Program-made: the position numbers and the translations under genes | Source of the DNA: Diplonema japonicum | Taxonomy: Eukaryota > Protista > Euglenozoa: Diplonemea | Direction: 5' to 3' | Assembly: GCA_964019335.1 (NCBI GenBank) | Contig: OZ025723.1 | Coordinates: forward strand, 124,001 to 188,000 | Length of the DNA: 64,000 nucleotides | Shown: positions 56,740-64,000 of the stretch, one piece after another | Layout: the number at the start of each line of letters is the position of its first letter | How positions within the stretch are numbered: position 1 is the stretch's first letter | The notes under the pieces: generated by a model | The model's input: only the letters and a program-made list of their open reading frames with translations | Databases searched by the model: none | Told to the model about the DNA's origin: nothing

Positions 56740-58389
56740 ATGTGCGGTATTTTCGCGATTGTGCACAGCAAGAGTTTGAACAAACAACAGGTGAGGCAAA
56801 GGTGTTTGTTCAACAGCAGGTTGTTGAGGCACAGAGGACCCGACTGGAGCGGTGTGTGGATCAGCCCCGACGGGAAGACAGCTCTCGGGCATGAAAGGCT
56901 GGCCATCGTCGACCCCAGCTCAGGCGAACAACCGCTTGTGTCGGAAGACGGCAAGCTCGCACTCTGTGTGAACGGGGAAATCTACAACCACCAGAAATGG
57001 AGGGAACACTACTCGTCATACAAGTTCCAAACAGGAAGCGACTGCGAGGTGATCCTCCCCCTCTACCAGGAACACGGTGAAAAATGTGTCGATTTCCTTG
57101 ACGGGATGTTCGCTTTCGTCCTCTACGACACAGAGAGGAACAACGTTGTGGCAGCCCGCGACCCCATGGGTGTGTGCCCCATGTACATCGGCAAACACGC
57201 TGACGGTTCCACATGGTTTGCGTCTGAAGCAAAGGCGCTTCAGAACGACTGTGCGACTATTGAAGTCTTCGAGCCGGGCAACGTCCTCACATCCATCACC
57301 GGTCTTAAGCGATACTATGAGCCGGCATGGTACGGAGAACACGTCCCGTCCACACACTGCAACCTTGTAAAATTGAGGAAAACCTTTGAAGCCGCCGTTG
57401 AAAAGCGTATGATGGCCGATGTCCCCTTTGGTGTTCTGTTGTCAGGCGGGTTGGACAGCAGCCTCGTCGCGTCCATCGCTGCAAGAACACTTAAGAACAA
57501 CAAGGGGAAGTACGCGTTTCCAACATTGCATTCTTTCTGTATCGGTCTACCCGGATCGCCGGACATTCTCGCTGCTCAAAAGGTCGCCGACGCCATTGGG
57601 ACACAGCACCACACGCTGACATTCACGGTTCAAGACGGGCTGGACGCTTTGCGTGATGTTATTTACAAGCTTGAGACATTTGATGTTACTACCATAAGGG
57701 CGTCCACGCCTATGTACTTTTTGGCGAGGAAGATCAAAGCGTTGGGGGTTAAGATGGTATTGTCCGGAGAGGGTGCCGACGAGCTTCTTGGAGGGTACCT
57801 TTACTTCCACAACGCTCCCAACTCGGTCGAGTTCCACAAGGAATGCTGCCGAAGGGTCAAGAACCTCCATCTTTTCGACAACCTCCGAGCCAACAAGAGC
57901 ACAATGGCATGGGGATTGGAAGTGAGAGTACCCTTCCTCGACAAGGAGTTCGTGAACTACACCATGTCGGTCGACCCTAAAGATAAGCAGCCCAACAGAA
58001 AAGCGGGGAAAATCGAGAAAGCGATTCTTAGACAAGCTTTCGACTCTCCTGACCAACCCTACCTCCCCAAGGAGGTGTTGTGGAGGCAGAAGGAACAGTT
58101 CTCTGATGGAGTTGGTTACTCGTGGATCGATGGTGTGCGTGACTTCGCCACGCAACAGGTAACAGATGAAATGTTCTCTAACGCCGCTCAAACCTTCCCT
58201 GTTAACACACCGACCACGAAGGAAGGTTACTACTACAGGCAGGTGTTCGATGAGCTGTTCCACCATGCATCTATGCCTCACACTGTTGAGTGCTGGGTTC
58301 CCAAGTGGTCAAACACATCTGACCCTTCTGGGCGAGCCATCAAATCTGTGCACGATGATGCGTACACAGGGGCGAAGGCGAAGTTGTAA
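56740..58389 (+). CDS. ASNS: Asparagine synthetase B (glutamine-hydrolysing)
   Basis: Motifs MCGIF, HRGPDWSG, HERLAIVD, NGEIYNH, LLSGGLDSSL, SGEGADE, RVPFLD, WRQKEQFSDGVG, DPSGRA. Confidence 0.97.
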   Translation: MCGIFAIVHSKSLNKQQVRQRCLFNSRLLRHRGPDWSGVWISPDGKTALGHERLAIVDPSSGEQPLVSEDGKLALCVNGEIYNHQKWREHYSSYKFQTGSDCEVILPLYQEHGEKCVDFLDGMFAFVLYDTERNNVVAARDPMGVCPMYIGKHADGSTWFASEAKALQNDCATIEVFEPGNVLTSITGLKRYYEPAWYGEHVPSTHCNLVKLRKTFEAAVEKRMMADVPFGVLLSGGLDSSLVASIAARTLKNNKGKYAFPTLHSFCIGLPGSPDILAAQKVADAIGTQHHTLTFTVQDGLDALRDVIYKLETFDVTTIRASTPMYFLARKIKALGVKMVLSGEGADELLGGYLYFHNAPNSVEFHKECCRRVKNLHLFDNLRANKSTMAWGLEVRVPFLDKEFVNYTMSVDPKDKQPNRKAGKIEKAILRQAFDSPDQPYLPKEVLWRQKEQFSDGVGYSWIDGVRDFATQQVTDEMFSNAAQTFPVNTPTTKEGYYYRQVFDELFHHASMPHTVECWVPKWSNTSDPSGRAIKSVHDDAYTGAKAKL

Positions 58390-59447
58390 GAAGGTGAGGC
58401 TGAGTTTTTTTTTTGGGGGGGGCGGGCCTGGAGTGAATTTTTTCCCCCCCCCCCACCGCCATTTTTCTCTTTGCAGCAGCGGGGAAAAAAAATTTTTTTT
58501 TTTCTAGCGCGCAAAAGGGGGAGGTGGGAAGCCAAGGGGGCGAGAAAAAAAAAAAGAGGGGGGGAAAAAATGTCCGATTTTTTTTTTTTTTTAATATTCT
58601 CCCCACCCACTCCGTTTTGAATACGATGGGATATTAAAAAATACCCGGGAAAAAAAAAAAGATATTGTATCACGGAAATTGACGTTTTTTATTTTATTTT
58701 TTTTTTATTGGAAAAAAAAGATTTCTAGTGCTGTTTGTAAAAAAAAAAAAAATAAGGAATGAGGAAAAAAAAAGTTTTTTTTTTTTAGCACCGCGAGAGA
58801 AAAAAAAAAAAGAGAGAACGAAGAAATAGTGGAGGGTTAGGTTTTTTAATTCTTTTTTGTTTCTGCTCATCCTCGCATCCTGCGGCTTGTCACTTTAAAA
58901 AAAAAAAAAAAAAAAAGAAAATCAGGCAAAGCCGTACAGTAGATGCTGCACTAGGACTTCAGTACGTGCGCCGGGGAACGAACAAAAAAAAAGAAGGAAA
59001 AAAAAAAACTGAAAATTCTTTGGCGGAACCCGCTTGTATGTTATGCTGCATGTTTATGGGACCCCTTTTTTTCCCACAATCTTGTTCTCTCTAATTTCCA
59101 TTCCCCCTTTTTTTTTCCCCCATTTGAAGAGAAGATTTAAATCCATCTGATTATTAAATGTGTCCCCATTTCAATTTTCTTTTTTTTTTTTTCTTCTTCA
59201 CCCCCTTTCCTTTTTTTTTTTCTATTTATTTATTTATTTTGTCCTCCTTGCTCTCCTACAATACTATTACAAGAAAAAAAAAAGAAAGTATTGTGCATTT
59301 ACTTATTTTATTTTTTTTTCATTTTTTTTTTTCTTCTTTTCTTTTCTTTTATTTATTTTTTTTTCTCCTCCCAAACACCCTTTATTTTATTTTATTTTAT
59401 TTTATTTTTATTTTTATTTTTTTTCAAATCGACGGGGGGAAAAAAAA

Positions 59448-60210
59448 AATAGCTATTTACTGCCAACAAGTAATGACTTTACCGTTACCTCGAGAGGTCG
59501 GTAAAGCATTACTTGGCGGTAGGTAAGTGGTTTTATTTCACGACACTCTGAAATTACTTCACCACGAGGGGCACAACAGGGTGACAAGGGGTACAACAGG
59601 GTGACAAGGGGCACAACAGGGTGACAAGGGGCACAACAGGGTGACAAGGGGCACAACAGGGTGACAAGGGGTGCAACAAGAGAGGGGTTACAAAGGTTAC
59701 AATACAAGTTGTTTTTCCTCCTTTTGTGACTAAGAGCTGCCGCTGTCGCTGGCATTGCCACTGTCACCATCTCTAATCAGGCCTTCCCATACCTAGCGCG
59801 GCCGCTGGCTCCTTTTTTTCTGCTGCTTCGGTATTTTGAAGTCATTTGGGGAGCTTGGGTAAGCTGACTAAGTTACCATTACCCACAGAAGAGTTACCCC
59901 CAGAAACTGGGAACAAGGCCTAGCCAAAAGTGGGCAAATTGGGAGGAAAAAGTAGTCCAACTTGGAACTGAGCCGAGGCAAAAGTTGGCCAATTGAGCTG
60001 AACCTGGGGGGAAATAGCAAACTGAGAGGAAAAAGTAGCCCCACTGGGAACCGAACCGAGGCAAAAATTGGCCTACCGAGGCATATTATTTAACGGAAAC
60101 CCCCTATTACTTCACGGAAAACAGGCCATTATTTCACCGTGAAGTAATGAGATTTAGCGTGAAGTAATGGCCCCCCCAGTGCGTGAAGTAATCTGAAGAG
60201 TGAAATAAAA
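59448..60210 (+). mobile_element. Non-autonomous hairpin/offset-IR DNA element, subfamily A copy 2
   Basis: Near-identical to 18386..19071 with unrelated flanks. More perfect hairpin (ctttaccg/cggtaaag, acctc/gaggt, caagtaatg/cattacttg). Confidence 0.9.
59567..59680 (+). repeat. 20-bp minisatellite aggggcacaacagggtgaca, five units plus a partial
   Basis: Direct tandem units. The copy at ~18504 has only one unit plus a partial. Confidence 0.92.
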
Positions 60211-60279
60211 TAAAAAAAAAAAGGATCGAGGTGGGTGGCGTGCTCCCCCCCGCAACCCCCAACCATTTAAAAAAAAAAA

Positions 60280-61353
60280 ATGGTAGTTCACACGCTGTCG
60301 TTAGCAGATTGTAAGCTCGGAGACACAAGGGTGTTCGAAAAGCTAGTTCTGGGGAAGGTGTCAATGAAACGCCTGGAAGACAAGTACCACGTAAAGGGTA
60401 AAAAACTCGCCGGAAAGGGAAGCTACGGCACGGTCCACCGGGTCAACGGAAAAGACGGAAGGCGGTACGCCATCAAACAGCTTACAAAACCTCTTGACTG
60501 CATACGGTGGAAAGCGATATTCACTGAAATAGAGGTCCTCGCGGGGAATAGACACGAAAATCTGATCAAACTGTGCGACCTGACTATCCACAACGACACC
60601 ATAAACCTTGTCACTGAACACGCCAAAGGGAAAACCCTTCAGCAACACGCAGCAACCCGCCCTATGTCTGAAAAATCTACCGCGACCATCGGCCATCAAG
60701 TACTCCTCGCATTGGTCTTCCTCCATGCGAAAGGAATCCTCCACGGCGACGTGAAACCCGAAAATATAATGGTTTATGAAACAGGATGCCATTCCTGTGG
60801 AAGTCATTATCAAGTTAAACTCCTCGATTTCGGTAGTTCAAAGCTTCCCGAGGATGATGAAGAACTTGGATCGAGCGGTACCGGGCTTTATCTCGCCTTA
60901 GAAGTTATCGAGGGATTGTTACAACCTGGTAAAACAAGGTACGGGAGGAAGCCTCTGAGAAGCGATATGTTTTCGTTGGGAGTGGTCTTGTTTATATGTT
61001 TGTGCAGGTTTCATCCTTTTCGAGGGACCGCTGTGGATACGCTGGAAGGCATGAGGGAGAAGTTGAGCAGGGGAGCCGATTTTCCCGCGGATATTTTTCT
61101 GTCTGAGCTTTGTCGAAGGTTCTTGATCTTGTTGTTGAAATTGGATCCGTTGGACAGGTTGAGCGCTGCTGAGGCTGTGCAGAATCCTTGGATTGAGGGT
61201 AGGCTCAACAACCCACACCACCCTGCCTCACCTGAGGGTGTTCCTCAATGCAATTGTGGCAGCCGTGTTTATTCAGCACCGGAAGATCGTTTTCCCTCTG
61301 TGTTGGACTCTTCTGTGGAATCTTTGTCGTCGTTGACACCGTCTTTGGTGTGA
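60280..61353 (+). CDS. Divergent CAMK-like Ser/Thr protein kinase (non-RD)
   Basis: Motifs GKGSYGTV, YAIK, HGDVKPEN, DFG, GTGLYLALE, DMFSLGV. Confidence 0.88.
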   Translation: MVVHTLSLADCKLGDTRVFEKLVLGKVSMKRLEDKYHVKGKKLAGKGSYGTVHRVNGKDGRRYAIKQLTKPLDCIRWKAIFTEIEVLAGNRHENLIKLCDLTIHNDTINLVTEHAKGKTLQQHAATRPMSEKSTATIGHQVLLALVFLHAKGILHGDVKPENIMVYETGCHSCGSHYQVKLLDFGSSKLPEDDEELGSSGTGLYLALEVIEGLLQPGKTRYGRKPLRSDMFSLGVVLFICLCRFHPFRGTAVDTLEGMREKLSRGADFPADIFLSELCRRFLILLLKLDPLDRLSAAEAVQNPWIEGRLNNPHHPASPEGVPQCNCGSRVYSAPEDRFPSVLDSSVESLSSLTPSLV

Positions 61354-62029
61354 AGGCGAAGCAAGAAAAAAAAAGAAAGAAAAAAAAAATTATTTCCTAT
61401 CATTTTTTTTTTTTTTTATTATTATTATCATTATGTACATTACACTATTTTTTTTTCTCTTAAGTTGGCACGCACCCCCCCCCCCCCCCCCCCCCGGAAA
61501 AAATACATTTTTTTCTGCTGTGAAGCTTATTTCTTGGTGGTGGTGGTGGTGGGGGGGGGGACTTAAAAATGATTGGTTTCGGGCAAAAAAAAAAAATGAT
61601 TGGTTTCGGGCAAAAAAAAAATAAAGAAAGTTTAGCAGATGTGTCTTTACAAAACAAATAAAAACGTTTTTTTTCACTTTGAATTTTTTTTTCTTCTTCC
61701 CCCTGTGCCTTGCTGCGATTTCTTTTTTTTACTGCCTTTATTGTTCACCTCAGTTCTCTGGGCAGTACACTTAATAATAATAACAAAAAAAGGGGGTATC
61801 TTCATCTTCCTCCCTTACACGGATGTTTAAAAAAAAAAAAGCGAACCCTCAAAGCTTAGACCGTTGGTAAAAAAACTCTTCTTTTATTCAAAATTCGAAT
61901 ATAGTTTTAAAAAAAAAAAAAAAAATGATTACAAAACCTGAAATTCTTTCTGCACGTTTTGTAAGAGAAAAGCCGGGAACCAAAAATCTTTTTGACCATA
62001 TTACTTCTTAAGCTTTTTTTTTTCCCCCT

Positions 62030-62060
<31 letters not shown>

Positions 62061-63635
62061 CAAGGGACAAGTCTTTCGATATGTCTAAACAAATAAAAAA
62101 TGGGGGAACCTTACGCCCCCCCCCTAAAGCATCGCTCCCCCCCCCCCTTTTTTCTTTTCTTTTTGAAACAGTGAGGACTCCCATGCACACTGAAAATTTA
62201 TCGGGTTTTTTCTTTTTCTTTTTTTTTGTCATTCAATATCTATTACGATATGCAATGAGTACAAGTTTCTATTTTTTTTTATATAAACAACGGCGTTGAG
62301 GCAGAGCGGGAGAAAAAAACCTTCCCCCCCCCCCCCATTTCTATCTTGAGATCCTTAGTTTCTAATGATCTGTAAAGTGAAGCCTCCAATCATTACCCCC
62401 CCTCTCTTTTTTTATAAACAACGGCGAAACAAAAAAAATGAAATGGCATTTACCGGGGGGGTGCTATATATCCCCCCCCCCCCCCCCTCCCTCCCTTATT
62501 TTTTAATTTCGTTTTCAGAAAAGTAAATTTGGGGCAATCTTAATCAGGATGTTAGGTCGGGGGGGGGGGGGGGGGGGGTTGAGTGTTCAAGCCAGATAAT
62601 AAGAAAATAGGGCAAACTAGGATTTTTTTTGGGGGGGGGAAGGGTTTACTCTTTTATTTAGTTTTTGATTGGGGGGGGGGGGATGCTCATTATTCATACT
62701 CTCTCTCTCTCCTTCCTCTTCACCCCCCCCCCCCCCACGGCCAATACAATGTACAGAGGTCTTCCTCCGTATTCGTAAAGGTCTATACTATGCCTTGAAG
62801 GAGCGGTAGTCGGGGGGGGGAAAAAAAAAGGAAAGAAATTAGAGAAAGTTAAGGGGAAAAAAAAGAAGAAAAAAAAAAAAGGAGGGGCCACTACCAGAAC
62901 CCTCCTGCTGACGTGTTTCTTGCGTGAACAGGGGGGAAGGGTCTTTTTTTTTTTTTAAAAAAAAAAGAATTTTATAGCACTCCTGATGGTTCCTAATAAT
63001 ATGTAACGTCTTTTACCTCTTTTTTTTTTTTTTTTTTTAAAAATGTAAACGAGTAACAGTCTCACACAGAAGGTCCCTGTCTCAAGGGCACCTTTCCAAG
63101 GGGCCCCACCTGAGACCTGGCCAAAATTTTTTTTATTGCATTCCCCCTCCAAGGTCCATCTTACTATGGTTGGTATCACACAAAGATGTCACGAAGGTGT
63201 TTACCGAGGAGTTTTTCTTTTTTTTTTTTTCCTTCTTCCTTGTGTTTTGCTCCCTCTGGTTTCCGATTCCCATCTTGTATTTTTGGTTGTAAGGGAAAAG
63301 AGGGATCTCATCTTTTTTTTTTTTTGTTTGCAAGAACTACTCCCCCCCTCCCTTTTTTTTTGTGATTATCTGTGTTCCTTCCCCCTATCCCCTTTTTTTT
63401 CGCCCCTTCTTCTTCTTCTTCTTCCCCCCCTTTAAAAAAAGAAAAAGTAGTGGGAAAAAAAAAAGAAAGAAAACGAGAGATGAAAAATTTCAAAAAAAAA
63501 AAAAGAAAGAGCTGCCACTGGCTGTGCTCACATCAAAAAAAAATTCTCTCTCTCTCTCTTCATTCTCGGAAAATATGACAAAAAAAACAATTTATTAAAA
63601 AAAAAAGGGAACACACACACAAAAAAAAAAAAAAA

Positions 63636-64000
63636 ATGGCAACACACGGGGAAAGAGTCGAGGAGACGAAAGCTGTGTTCAACGACATCATCGCAGAGAC
63701 GAAAGCGAATATGGTAAAGGCAGGCATCCGTGATGACCTGATGGAGAAAATCCTGGGGAAATGGAACACGCTCGTGACCGCTCAGTACAAAGGCTCTATC
63801 GTTATCGAAACAAAGGTGGTCGAGGCACGGGCTGCTCGGCGACGAAGGGAACAAGCCTGGTACTCTATATCAGACATGGAAACCCCAAAAATAAAAAACC
63901 AGTTGGAACAAATGACCGGACTCCCTCCTGTTGGTGTCCCTTCTACCCTGCTGGGCGAGGTACTAAGTTCAAAAGCCGGTTTACAAGTCGATGGTGGGTT
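63636..64000 (+). CDS. 5' part of a protein running off the window end; weak TFIIA large-subunit-like N-terminus
   Basis: ATG after an A-run, open to the window end: MATHGERVEETKAVFNDIIAETKANMVKAGIRDDLMEKILGKWNTLV. Confidence 0.55.
   Translation, partial: MATHGERVEETKAVFNDIIAETKANMVKAGIRDDLMEKILGKWNTLVTAQYKGSIVIETKVVEARAARRRREQAWYSISDMETPKIKNQLEQMTGLPPVGVPSTLLGEVLSSKAGLQVDGG

Noticed and set aside
59567-59680. CRISPR-like array
   Set aside because: Head-to-tail 20-bp units without unique spacers, in a eukaryotic context with no cas genes.
61565-61620. Tandem duplication aaaaatgattggtttcgggcaaaa x2
   Set aside because: A simple local slippage duplication between A-runs, with no evidence of function.
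88-63854. Numerous minus-strand and poly-K/poly-F ORFs in the track
   Set aside because: They are antisense shadows of + strand genes or homopolymer read-through, with no recognisable domains.

Overview
Eukaryotic nuclear DNA, most likely euglenozoan and possibly diplonemid-like (inferred from the RPS6 signature, cis-introns and a fully unidirectional gene layout; not proven). About 32 protein genes lie on the + strand, separated by spacers dominated by A/T/G/C homopolymer runs. Recognisable genes include RPS6, RPL17, asparagine synthetase B, a RAD51 paralogue, RAD23-like, a MEKK-type kinase, WD40, RCC1, TPR and PDZ proteins, and a GT15 mannosyltransferase. Three things stand out. (1) I reconstructed 22 GT-AG introns, 21 of them only 31-68 nt. 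About a dozen carry poly(A) tracts where a polypyrimidine tract is expected, and several end A(n)-AG. (2) A three-gene membrane-protein family has the architecture 3x ubiquitin-like domain / TM / Cys-rich ectodomain with a PAN-like module / TM; the cytoplasmic part is homogenised between copies while the ectodomains diverge. (3) A non-coding mobile-element family has a long terminal hairpin, offset inverted repeats and iterons (three clear and two decayed copies), one inserted in a kinase intron. A pseudo-metacaspase-SAM protein, a pseudo-lipase, a Cbl-like EF-hand/ankyrin protein and a candidate eIF4E-binding protein are also present. No tRNA, rRNA, SL-RNA or CRISPR array was recognised. Homopolymer lengths may be affected by sequencing error.
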